Origin: Geosiphon pyriformis uo1
Lineage: Eukaryota; Fungi; Glomeromycota
NCBI GenBank assembly: GCA_016748015.1
Contig: JAAOMT010000591.1
Span: forward strand, 261,532-325,531
Direction: 5' to 3'
DNA length: 64,000 nt
In this document: piece by piece, positions 1-12,240 of the stretch
Layout of the letters: the number at the start of each line of letters is the position of its first letter
Numbering within the stretch: the stretch's first letter is position 1
Made by a program: the position numbers and the translations under genes
Notes under the pieces: model-generated
Told to the model about the DNA's origin: nothing
The model's input: only the letters and a program-made list of their open reading frames with translations
The model's database searches: none

Positions 1-1113
1 ATGAGATTTGTTTTCTTTTTTTTTTTTTTTTATTGTTTCAAGATAAAATTAGTGATAACTTATTGTAATTATTATTAGTCTACAAGACTTGATAGGCTTT
101 TTAAATAGAATTTTTTTTTTAAAATCTATTAGCAATTGGAATGAATTTGTTTTGAAATGGTCACAGGTAACTGGTACTCAAATATGCTGATTATCTTAAT
201 TAAGCTATAGCTCTTGTATGTTCTAATTGAATACAGCATTGGTCTTGAACAGCCAGTTATTATTAATAAGAACTTGGTATTATGTGGCTTTTATGACTAA
301 AATCTTGATTGGTGTAATAATACTATTGACTTCAAAAGAAAAGTTATTAATTTTGCTAATAAAAGTCTTGGTTGCTCTATTGGCTGTAATAATTCTGGCA
401 CTAACAGCATGATTAACTTGGTAACTTAATTGGTCTATAAGTTGTTATGTAATAATACTGTTTGTTAATTTACTATTAAGAATTAGCTTAATACATTGGT
501 CATTAACTTTGATATTAATATACATAGTAGTAATTAATTTAATATTAAGGGTGATTTTATTGAATAATGGAGTTTCTGATTAGTTTTCTAACTCAAATAA
601 AAAGATAGTGACTAGTAATTTGTTTTTTGTAATAGCTGCTGGTAGGATGTTATTGGTAAATAGTTGGTAATTGGTTTTTAAGTTATTGGATGAGTTGTTT
701 TCTGAAGTAATCAAGAGACTTAAATAGCTCTGAAAATTCAGGTTTTGGATGTATCCATTTCTTAAACTTTACTAGTGTGATCTTGATAGCTAATTTAATG
801 AACTGAAAATTAGTTGGTGTCTTACTATTGCTAATTATCAATTTTGTTAGGTGTATGTAATTCTTGGTCTTTGATTTTTGGTTGTTATTTAAATTTTGAG
901 ATAATGTTTAAATTAGTTAAGATTAATAAATTACTTGTGGCTGTGGTTAATAGATTACTGATATTGAAGTCTGATAAACTGAAAGTATATATATTAGTTG
1001 TTATATTATTGGTGTATAATAAGATTGATATGGTTCTAATAATAAATTGGTAACATAGTTCTAGATTTGAAATCTGTAATCAGAGTTTTAATATTAATTT
1101 TCTGATTATTGGT
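1..1113 (-). pseudogene. Decayed Ty3/Gypsy gag C-terminus and aspartic protease region (continuation of Gypsy B)
   Basis: The minus strand of ~150-540 reads AVSARIITANRATKTFISKINNFSFEVNSIITPIKILVIKAT.YQVLINNNWLFKTNAVFN. This is collinear with the Gypsy A protease region (ATTVRIITADGNTKTLIEEIDNFSFEINGIQISTKVFVMEAIQYQALVENDWLSKANATLDWN). Many C>T/G>A stops. Confidence 0.85.
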
Positions 1114-1384
1114 TATTAAATCTAAAAGAGTGTTATTAGTAAAATTTTAGCTATTAACTAGCATAAAATTATCTTTATAATTTCTATTATTAATTAACAT
1201 ATATTAAAATTATTTCAAATTATTACTTATTACTTAATCAAATTATTAAATATTACTATTTTTTTTTTTTAACGAGTGAAGTCCAAACACTACCTAGTAC
1301 AATACATCATACAAGTGATCTAAACTAGGTGTGAATCATGCTCTTTCTACACGTGACCAGCCACTCAGACTAGTCAGGACAACA

Positions 1385-4300
1385 CTAGACACCTATATGC
1401 ACTGAGACCAAGTTACCTACACCTGAAAAGAATAAATTAGATTTATGAAACCCAAAACCAATACCAATAGTATCAGTGATACCCAATAATCTAACCACAT
1501 TAGACGAGAGTATTGAAGGAAGACCAGAAACCGAGACAGGAATAGAACCATCATGTGGGATAAAGCCATCCTTCTCTATAACAGCTCTGTGTTTCACACG
1601 AACCAGCCAAATATTATCACAGAATGCAAGACAGAAATCACGCATGAATGCCATAATATTCTGAGCCGCCGTTTTAGAGTCCTTGAAAACAGAAAAAGAT
1701 TCCTGATACCATTCATTGAAAACAAAGCCCTTACATATAGCCACACCAACAACAGCATTGGAAGTGCAAGCAGAAAGCAACTGTGAAACACATGAAGTCG
1801 AGTGAGATAAATCTGAGTGCATTTTCTAAACAGATGCATGAGCATTCATCAACTGAGCACGATCACCAGTATCGAACAGGCACGAAAACACATGATCTGA
1901 AATTTCACAGAACAAACACATCACACTGGGGTACCCCTTATTGTAAAGTCGCTTTCGCACAGCAACAGAAAGACAATGATGCAATGCCTTCATAAAATAC
2001 GTCTGATAACCAGCAGTACGAGCACTAGTGAAACCAGCGGCCAAATGAGAGTCCAGATGCCACACCGAACATGATCTGACCCAATCAACATCAGCACATA
2101 GGCTGTCCACCAATACCCGAGAACCAGAACTGATTTCCCAATGTGCATAGTAAATAGAGCGGAAAACATCATGAACAAAATGCCTAGAATTACCAGAAAC
2201 CACAGTACTGCCAGCCTTAAGAAAACATTCATTGATCCTGTGAGGAAGATGCACACCAGAAGACGCAGCAGCCCCAGCCAAAGTATTAGCATGCTCATTG
2301 CCCAAGACTCCAGAGTGATCTCTAACTTTAATCCAATTAACATCCAAATTTTTGCGATGAATGACATTAGAAATATGGTGGCGTTTGACCCAACACCAAT
2401 TCCTAAAATCCGGACACCCCAACATTAACTCTGACCTGCATGCATCCAAAGTGGCCTGGCTGTCCGAAAACAGATTAACCAAACGAAAAGGAGGGACACA
2501 CTCAAGAGCCAAAGCAATGGCCTGCAGCTCCGTCATGGTAGAAGAAATCAGACCAGAAACTTCCACACCTAAACCCAAATCAATGTCCTCAAAAAAAACA
2601 GCGGCGCCAGCCTTCATACTAAGAGTACTCAGTCCACATAGAGAACCATCTGTAAACAGAGAAAGGCAGTCAGAATCAACCTCCAACAAGCGATTGCAAA
2701 TAACATCAAACTCGCAAGACTCAAGTACATTAGACGAGTCAACATTCAGCAGCAAAAGAGAACAAATAAGAAATGACTCAGAACCAGACAAAAAGTGAAC
2801 AGCAGCATTGAACCAATCAGGAATTGGGCCCCAAGGGTCCAGTCTCTTCCACCGCTTGAAAGTCCTCCATTTGAAAACAGAACCAGTTCGATCGCAAAAC
2901 TACTCAACAAAGGCAATTCCATATCGCCGAAGCAAAGAGACACATTTATAAAAAGCTAACTCGCCAAGAACAATAGACATTGGGGTCCTCTTTTGAAAAC
3001 AAAAAACATTGGTCACAAGACCACCCAGAGAAAGATCACAACCCAAAAAAATCCGAACGACACCAGCCAAAAAATTATTCAAAAGACTGACATTAATACA
3101 AAAAGGGAAAAACAGGGGGTGACAAAAGCACCAGCTGAGAACTTATAAATCATGAGACCTATGCGCGAACAGGTGGCCCAAAATACCCACAGAATTGGCA
3201 AAACAAACAACAGCAGCTGACTTGCTCTCAGCCTGGACCTGCTCAAAAGATTTCAACCCGTACAGAGAAGAATGATGAATGGCATCATTGGGAAAGTCGA
3301 GTGGTAAGCCAGATTTGGACTTCAAACCTTTACGAATTATAGCATCCCATTTCGCACACACACTAATAGGAACAAAACTAAACTGAGTCCTGTAGGCAAT
3401 TATGGGGTGAAGAACTGCTGACACCAAATATGAGAACTGCTTATCAGAGATAGCCTTTTTCAGAACAAGATTGGTGAAGAATTGGACATCCAAGCATGCC
3501 TTAGCCAAGCTAGGCTTCGACAAACCTTCAGTAGACAGAAAGATACCCAGGTACCAATGAGACTCCCCCCTTTTGGCTATCAAAATAGGCAAACCACTAA
3601 TCAACAAATGAGGGCTGAAGACTCTACAATTAATGAGAATGGCCACCGTTTTGTCATTATTGATTGAAATGTCATTGACTCAAAAAAACTCACTAGCAAC
3701 ATTGAGAATATGTTGGGTGGCAGCCTGGCTGCTACCAATCCAAATTGTATCATCGACGAAAGCACCAGCAGCAAGGAAAGAAGTCAAACCAGCCTGAGAT
3801 TCAGTGCGACCAGTGTTGGCAACAAAATGAGAGTCTAACCTGTATCTACATACACTTTTTTGTCTCTTGACTTCACACAAAAGAGGATCATAAAATATGT
3901 GCCAGAGAAGAGGAAAAAACACCTCCCTTTGATCCAAACCATCATGTACCCAATATCCATCAGTCAACCCAAAATCCATTATAACTCTGTTGACCCAATC
4001 ATTGTGGATGGTACCAAAAAATCGAATGAATTTGTTACACATTTTTATTCTGACCAAGCTTTTCCTCAGATGTTCCCAGCCAACTGAATCATAAGTCTTT
4101 CACATGTCCTACAAGACCAGCCACAGCTCTCAGTTCTTCTCCAAAGCATCCTCAATAACCAATCTAATAGCAAAAATAGGAGACTGCATGGTCATGCCTT
4201 TTAAAACAGAAAAATTATTCCTCCTTAGAATGTCAAAAACACTACAAGCCAATGAAATTCTGTCCGAAAGCACTTTAAAAAGAATTTTGCGAGCCGTCTC

Positions 4301-6064
4301 AACCAAAGCGATAGGATGGGTATTTATGAGAACATCCTCCTACTCATACAGTTTGGGGATCATCGACACTCAAGCCTCCTTTCAAGACCCAGAAACAGAT
4401 TCATGCTCCAAGCAAACATTCAAAAGCACTAAAAGCATATCCAAAACTGATTTGTCACAATGTTTCCACAACTCATTTGAGATACCAGAGAGACCAGCTG
4501 CTTTTTCATCAGGCAGGTTCGAAATGACATTAGACATCTTATCAAAATCAATTAAGCTCATTACACCAGAAAAAGTATCATCAAAAACATACTCTAAAGG
4601 CTGATATTGGCGATTCCAAACACCAGTAACATCAGAAACTACATTGTGCTTCCTAGTCTATTCTTCCATGACTGCATCTACTTTGGCCTTTACCAGAGCA
4701 GGCTCCAAAACCAACTCATCATCAACAACCAGATGATCCAAAGTTACTTTGCGAAAAGGACGTTCTAATACACTCCTAATAGTATGACCTTTGTCCAATT
4801 CGAAACTCTTCATCCTCTTATCTATCGCCGACCTGATTTGAGATTCCTTAATTTGCTCCGCTTCTGACATTTTGGATGCGCAATAAGACTTTTTGACCAT
4901 AGACAAAACTGACCAAATAGCATTGAAGTGGGAACCTGATAGAAAGAGAGACTTCACTGCAGAAGCATTGACCAAATCCAAACCTTCCCACCTGTTGAGC
5001 AAGGATGCAAACTCCTCAGCAAAATCCATATGAGATGCTCTAACTAACTTAGACACCAAGAGCTCCAGCTTGTGAAATTTGGATGAATTCTTACTAAAAA
5101 TTTTATCATATCCCTTGAACCACTTTTTCTTGAAAACTGCCTCAGCAGACAGACATATTACTTTACGGAGAGCAACCCACATCGAATCCAAGTCCGAGCG
5201 GATTCTGGCTGCAAAAAAATCATCATGAAACATAGCAGCATTTGCTGCTGTATTTTTCTTAAATTTGGCCCATTTAACATCATCTGCACCTTTGCAATCG
5301 TACTTCCAGCAATCTCTATTTGCTTGCTTACGAACAGAATTCAACTGAACATTGAGCAGACCACACAAACCCACTAACACTGAAACAGCCTGATGATCAG
5401 TATCAAAGTATTCCCCAATGCCAAACATGTCGCGATCCACTACTGCATTGACCAGATTTGAAGAAACGAACATAAAATCAATCGTCTTAGCAATGCTCCG
5501 AGAATTGGACCAAGTTGGCAATTTCCCACGGGAGCTCCCACCCAAGGCATTAACCAGACCCAAATTCAGACACTTTTTAAAACTTGCACACTTGTGAGAA
5601 CCGTCTTCATTGAAATCACCACCGAGAACAACGAAGGAAGATTCATTAACAGCTTTTGCAATGAGAGAGTTGACTTCACTAGCCTGAGAAAACTGAACTG
5701 CTGAGGAAGCACCAGCATACAGACCTAGAATAGACACCGAAAGTTTATTTTTGAAAAGTAACTTAATGGACAAGAGCCGACCAGGCACCTCTGACACTTT
5801 GCACACATGTCTCGCCAAAGAAGAATTCATGATGACTGCAACACCAGAACCCAGATATCCAGATTCCAAACCAGAGGTAAACACCCGCACACCATCATAT
5901 TTGTTGACAATCTATGGGCAAATTTTCTCTCTTAACTTTGATTCCGTAAAAATAGAAACTAAATTGTTCTTTTCCATATGCCAACAAATGACATCGTCCT
6001 GTTTCACAAGATTGTTCATACCTCTGACGTTGCAAGTAGCAATATTCCAAACCAGACTGTCCAT
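1385..6064 (-). pseudogene. LINE-1 ORF2: APE endonuclease, reverse transcriptase, RNase H, C-terminal Cys/His finger (disrupted)
   Basis: APE motifs ATCNVRG, GGDFN, TIDFMF, TDH. RT motifs LQDM.K.YD, GLDQ.E, GAFVDD, YLGIF. RNase H motifs FTDGS, ELQAI, FSDSQ, H.G..GNE.A. C-terminal CLFC...HVFSC. Fragmented by stops and frameshifts. Confidence 0.93.
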
Positions 6065-7851
6065 TAAGAAGAGAAAAAATTTGAACTCACCCCAAAACTG
6101 TCCACTTTGGCTGAAAGTCCCAGAACTGTTTCCATCAGACACTTCATGCTGTCTTCTAATTTGGATACCAAAGATACATCAAAAGACACTGCTCCCGCAA
6201 CAATCTCACCACTAGTGGCTGCACCTGAACCCTCACTTATCACTATATCTGCCTCTTGATTCTGTAATGAAGGGGTCACCAATGGCTAACATCCAGGGCT
6301 TGGCTGGGAAACCATTGGTCCAAGTGCATCCAACCTCTTAGCCAGCTTACTCACCTGCTCCACGAGGCCGGCGAGACTGTGCTCAAAAGCAGCAAACCTA
6401 TTATTGACTTCCAACAAAACTGGCAGAGATGGCGCCAACTCTGAAGAGGAACCAGATTTCACTGAAGCATTTTGTCCAGAAAGAGGAGGAAAAGAAGACC
6501 CACTAGCAACCTTTGCCTAAGAGAAACCACCAAAAAAGACTGGACGAGCAACTGGAGCTGATCACTTGGCATAGATGGCTGCCAATCTGCTTTTATCTGT
6601 GTCTAAAAGGACTCTACGCAAAGACAAACCTGAAGAAACTCTCCCACCAATCGCACAGCCCAATGATGTATGGCCTGATTTCCCACACTTGGCATACTTG
6701 GCTGAAACAAGACAAGACCAGCGTAGATTGGCGCCCCTCAACACTGGCGTGGTTCCCATGATGGCATTCAACAAATCAGCAGAATCAAAACAGATAACAG
6801 CACACCTAGCCCTAGCATATGTAACCGGATGACGATCAATAACACACGTCTTCCCACCCACAGAACCAATAAAATCCCAAATGTCATGAGCAGTCATACC
6901 CATTGGCAGAGTATAGAGCAGCGCCCTATGCTGGTCCCTCGCATCCCATGATTTCTTGTTCAAATCTGATCTAGTCACCTGCGCAGCATCCTTCCTGATT
7001 AAGATTGACCACTCTGCCGCAACCAAATCGGCGTGATCTGATTGCTTAAATTCTACCACAGCCTTCTGCCACAGCCCCACCAATTGCATCTTCATTGACT
7101 TAATTATCCCAAACTCAGAGAGCGCAGCATGCACAGCCTCAGCTGATGTTCCAACTGGAATTTCCTTTAACACCACAGCCCAATCTGAGCGACCAGCTGA
7201 TCTCTTAAAATTGGTGTTTACCATGATATTTACACCAGTAGCCTTTTCAGTGGCTTTCATTAGACCCGATTTGGAAGTGAATGTTGCTCTGATGATCCCT
7301 GAGAATTTTGAGGGGGTAGATGCCCTCCCAAAATCATTGATTCCAGAAAATAATTTCCTTATCACCACAAGCTTTTTCTGAGAAGATTTGCCGGCCACCT
7401 TATTCAAGCCAATATCCAATGCGAATGACTTCTTGACTGGAACATTGACCAAATTTTTCATAGAAGGAGAGAGCTCAAGAGGAGTATCCGAGAGAACATC
7501 ATCATCATTACCATCTTTTGAGAAGTCAATCTTTCCCAATGGCTTGCCCAATGTCTTTTTGGTTTTAATCTTCAAACTCATGGGCATCTGATCATAATCT
7601 CCACCAGCCAGAGCTCCACCTTCACCATAATCAAAGCTGGTTTTCTCCACCAGACACTTCTCTTCCATATCAACACTTTCAGATTCAGTAGTGTCCCCAG
7701 TCTCTGAACTCCATGAACAAACACCAGGAACTTCAACAGCAACCCCTCCATTATCAACACCCTCTGCCAACACACCTTCCTTCCTCTTTTTCCTTGATGT
7801 AACCACCTTAAAACCACTTTCAGAACCAGAAACTTTAGCAGTTTTTTTCAT
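6064..7851 (-). pseudogene. LINE-1 ORF1 (gag-like; RRM-like segments and CCHC knuckle)
   Basis: 429-aa ORF plus downstream in-frame pieces. Contains VVLKEIPVGTSAEAVHAALSEFGIIKSMKM (RRM-like) and (C)AKCGKSGHTSLGC knuckle. Its stop overlaps the ORF2 ATG (TAATG). Confidence 0.88.
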
Positions 7852-8820
7852 AACAGCAATAACAGAGCCAACAGTGGTCTTGTAATCGAAGAACAGTTTT
7901 GATTTATCATACTGAATGGTAAAAAACTTCTTTCGAAAAAACTTTTGACTCTTTTTTGGATGAAGAAGAGAAAGAAGTTTTACTATTTAATTAATAATTT
8001 AATTTATACAATAAAAATTAGAATAATCAAATTACATAATATCTTGAGCTATATAATATTCAAAAATTTGTTAAAATTTATAGAAATTCACTAAAATAAT
8101 CGATAATCTACTAAAATAATTAATAATTTATTGAAATAATTTGTAGTTTGTCAAAATATATTTTTAGTTTGTCAAAATGATAGCAAAGAAAAAAGTTCAA
8201 ATTCATAGACTAATATTATAACAGATTGTATAAAAAAAACTTCTCTTTAAGAAAATGTATTTTATTTAGAATCTTCTTAATTTGAATTAATTAGCTTTAC
8301 AAAAAGTAATAAAAATATTAAATACTTAAAAACCAACTTTCTAAAACTATTTACACTTGAAATTTCCCAAAAATTCAACTAATGTTTTGAAATTGATTAA
8401 CTACTAATTTTAGCAATCTATTAGTAACTTCAGGCTTGGACAAAAAACAATTCCTTTAACAAAATTTTATTTCTTTTATAATTCTTTTATTTTTTTTATT
8501 CTTCTTATTATAATAATTAGGATAGTCTATAAATAAGACTCCTATAAAAAAGTTGACTTTTACAGTAAAGTAACTATACATTTTTAGTAAGCTTCCAAAT
8601 GAACAATTTCTGAAAAAAAGTTGACTTTTATTATAAAGTAATTACATATAGTAATTGGTATAGAATTGGTTATTCCACTTATAAGTCCAGCAGTTTAAAT
8701 TATAGAAAATAATTTGAAAATAAATTCAGATATCAAAGATTCATTAACTTTTAGAAAACATAAATTGACAGCAAACAAACATTAATAACATTTAAAAAAA
8801 AAGACCAAAAACCTCCAATA

Positions 8821-11372
8821 ATAATGGCAATTTGTTTTTAAATAGTTTTGTTTTCCATAATAGTAACAATCATGCATTTTTTGTTGCCATAGTTGATTTA
8901 ATGATAATAACAAACATGGTTGATTTTGGAAATGATTGAAGTTTTTTTAATTGTCATAATATTGTAGAGGCTAATAAATGGTTTGATTATTAGTTAAGTA
9001 TTCTTTAATTTTCTGATTAATGGTTTTGCCAAATTGTTTCAATTTAATATCCAATTCAGATGATCTGTTTATTATTAGATTTATGGCTTGGGTGTAGTTG
9101 GCTTCAAGTTTGGCTGATTCAAAATTTCAAACATATGTGACTGTATCTTGAAGAGTATTTGAGTGCATTAAGTATACTTGTTGTAATAAGCTGCTACATA
9201 ATTCACAAATAAATTGATTCAAAATTTGTGCTGCTGTAAAGTAATCAGCTTAAATTGTCTGAATTGATGTAAATTTCTATAAAAGTGTTCTAAATAAGTA
9301 GTAACTGCTTTAGTATAATCTTGTTTAATTGTGGTAAAATTAGTTAACAAGCAATTTATGCTATTATTATTACTAAAATATCGTAGAAATATGGTTTTAA
9401 ACATGTTAAAATCTTGAGATCTGTTTACAAAATTCTGATATCACAAGTTGGTGGTATTCTATAAGAAGTAAAGAATGACTTAAAAAACTTTGGTATTATT
9501 TCAGTTATTGGCTGTAATTGTTTTGGATATATTATTTAACTATGTGTGGGCATTATTTTTTTTATTTGTAAATTTTTCTAATTTAATAATGAGTACATAT
9601 GCTATTGGTACAAGTTGTTGTTATTGTGGTTGTTGTTGAAGTTGTTGTTAAAATTATTGTTATTGTGTGGTAATTAGTGCAACTGGTAGATTGATTACAA
9701 TAATTAGAGATAAGTTTTGTTGAAGAATAAGAATGGAATTTGGATTGTTTAGGTTTTGCTGAATTTAAACAATCAGAGTTTGTATTTTTGGGTTATTTGA
9801 GATCAGGTTTTGATTATTATTTTTTTGATTATTATTTTTTTTTTCTGATTTAGTATTTTTTCAATGACTGATAAATCCGAAATTGGGTTAAAGTAATAAT
9901 GATTAAAGTCTTAATAGTGTTATTGATCACAATTTAAATTCTTCAAAAAATTTATTATAGCTTCCTAATAATTTGGCTTTTTCTTAATTATTTTGGAATA
10001 GTACTCTATGTAATGGTGTTTTTACTGTTAACATTAATATAGATATGAATAGTATGTGTATAATACTTTTTGGTATATAATGATATAACAGATAAATAAG
10101 TAAAATCATTCTTGGTTTTTTTCAAGTAGGCAATTGTATTTTTTTTGGTATTGTTACTCATAAAATATAGAAATTATATATTAGTACATAATTAGCCAAT
10201 CAAAATAAGACATAGTAAAAGTGGAATTCCTCTCAAAGGAATTATAAGATTCCAAAATTACAGGATTTTCATGTGAGAAATCACAGAATTCCAGAATTTC
10301 AGAATTCCTCTCAAGGAATTACAGAATTTTAAAAATTCCAGAATTCCTGGCTAGAAAATTGAGGAATTCAAAGAATCTTGTATAATGAAATTTATGTATA
10401 TATAATAATAGTATTAAAAACAAAAAAAACAGAATTCTTAATTTAGAAATTCAGTTTTTTTTCTCATATCCATCTCTTTATATGATAGTATTCTATGACT
10501 TAAAATAGAAACATATCAATAAAATATTTATTAAATATCACAATTCATCTTTTCACTATTAACAGTTAAATATTGATAGCTATTAATACTTAACTATATT
10601 AAACTAATAGCTTTTGATTATGGCTATTGATAAGATACTAATTTTTTCTTGTCTTGGCTTATTTCTTTATTTTTTTTATTTTGTTTGTTTGTTTATTATT
10701 TACTAATTGATTAAAGATTAAACATGCAGAGTTATCAATGTCAAAGTAACTGATAAAAAACTCAGAAATAAGAATAGAATACTTAAGAATTAAGGATAAC
10801 TTACTAGAAGAATTACTAGCCATTATTCTAAGAAAAAAATTTGATGGAATTGCAATTCTAGGAAGCTACAGATAAAACAACTATTGAATCTTTGTTTATT
10901 ATACAAAGGACTCAACCAAAACCTTTAGATACAAAAATCTTTAGATATTACTAACATAATTTAGCTATTGAGCACCAAGTTACAGATTTGTTATTTGTTT
11001 TCAAACTCCAAATAATTACCTGTAACAGTGTTTTTGTTGGAGTTTGTAATTTTTTTTGTCTGTAAAGATAATAAAAAATCTCTATTGGGTGTATTTTTCA
11101 ATTTTTCTGTTTATTTCTGTAATTTATAGTGCAAACAGATAGTTTGGTAGAAGTATAATGTTTTGTAATAATTTATTGTATAAATTTTTAAAGATGGCTT
11201 CTAAATTTCCTTGGTTTTTCAAGTAGGATTTAATTTTTTTGTTAACATAGAAGTTAAAAGCTGATTCTGCTAACCAATAATTACTTGTCAGTTTAAGATG
11301 AGTTTGGTAATATTGAAATAAAAATTTCACAAATCTTAAATGATTTTCTCCTATGATTTTTTGGTCTGCCAT
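8821..11372 (-). pseudogene. Gypsy B gag (decayed, interrupted by solo LTR 10152-11027)
   Basis: 11124-11372 (MADQKIIGENHLRFVKFLFQYYQ...AESAFNFYVNKKI) aligns with the Gypsy A gag N-terminus. 9219-9404 (FK..FLRYF...TIKQ...AVTTYL) is the retrotransposon gag core. Decayed Zn knuckle CYYYGKQNYLKTNC at ~8825-8870. Confidence 0.85.
10152..11027 (+). mobile_element. Solo LTR, family B-like (876 bp)
   Basis: TGTTAC...GTAACA termini, 4-bp TSD GTAT/GTGT, GAATTC-core short tandem repeats at ~10220-10370. Homologous to LTRs at 11437-19028 and 49465-50193. Confidence 0.88.
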
Positions 11373-11419
11373 TTTTTTAAATAGTTGATATTAGTGCTAA
11401 TTTTTTGTTAAATTATATT

Positions 11420-11434
11420 TTACAAAGAGCATTA
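11420..11434 (-). promoter_or_regulatory. Decayed primer-binding site of Gypsy B
   Basis: Minus strand after the LTR end reads TT-TAATGCTCTTTGTAAAA, a G>A-decayed form of TGGTGCTCTTTGTGAGG. Compare Gypsy A PBS TGGTGCTTCCTGTGAGG. Confidence 0.7.
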
Positions 11435-12240
11435 AATATTACAGGTAATTATTTGGGGTGTTAGAACAAATAACAAATCCATAACTTAGTGCTTAATAGC
11501 TGAAAATATTGGTAATTTTTGAAGATTTTAGAGTCTGAAGATTTTGGTTGAGTTTTTTAGATAATGAACAAAGATTTAATTGATGATTTCTTTTGTGAAT
11601 TTTTTTTTAGCATGGTGACTGGTTTATTTTAACAGTTATGCTCTTTTGATAAACTATTTTTAAATTTCTATTCTTATTTCTGAGTTTTTTACAAGACTAT
11701 TCTTAACATCAAATACTTAGTGCTTAATCTTTTTAATCAATTAATAAATAACAAAAAAATAAAACAAAAGAAAATAAAATAAAAATAAAAAATAAAAAAA
11801 TAAAATAAATAAAATAAAAAAATAAAAAAATTAGTATTCTGTTAATAGCCATAATCAAGAGTTATTGGTCAGTATAATTAAGTATTAGATTCTATCAACA
11901 TAAAGTATTAATAGTAGTAAAAGTGATTAATATTTTTAATCAAGTAATAATAACATGAGTTTGATGATAATTAGATATTTTATTAATGTTGATATAATTC
12001 TATTTCAAGTTATAAAAAATTATCTTTTAAAAAAAAGAGTATAGAATAAGTAGTTATTGTTAACTACTGTTTTATCTGAATCAAATATTTTTTCTGTTTC
12101 TAAAATTTTTTTATTATTAATGTTTTATAAGTGAGATCCAAGTACTGTCTAGAACAATACATCAAAGAAATGTTCTAAACTAGGTGTGAATCATGTGTAT
12201 TTCCACACGTGACCAGCCACTCAAGCTGATTAAGACAACA

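Larger units (their letters stand above)
1262..7980 (-). mobile_element. LINE copy 1 (non-LTR retrotransposon, full length, degenerate)
   Basis: Poly(A) tail at 1261-1270, conserved 3' UTR 1271-1384, ORF2 and ORF1, 5' terminal inverted repeat. TSD TTACTATTT at 1253-1261 and 7980-7988. Confidence 0.95.
1114..8820. mobile_element. Probable decayed solo LTR (~980 bp, Copia-like TGTTGGA...TCCAACA ends), split by LINE-1 copy
   Basis: Ends read TATTAAA (1114) and TCCAATA (8820), i.e. transition-decayed TGTTGGA/TCCAACA. Flanks TTGGT/ATAAT are a degenerate 5-bp TSD. Removing the block rejoins Gypsy B gag in frame just after the Zn knuckle. Contains a ~20-bp tandem array at ~8065-8180. Confidence 0.45.

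Noticed and set aside
1271-1384. Hammerhead or HDV ribozyme in the LINE 3' UTR
   Set aside because: CTGA and GAAA are present, but the CUGANGA core and required stem layout are not conserved across copies.
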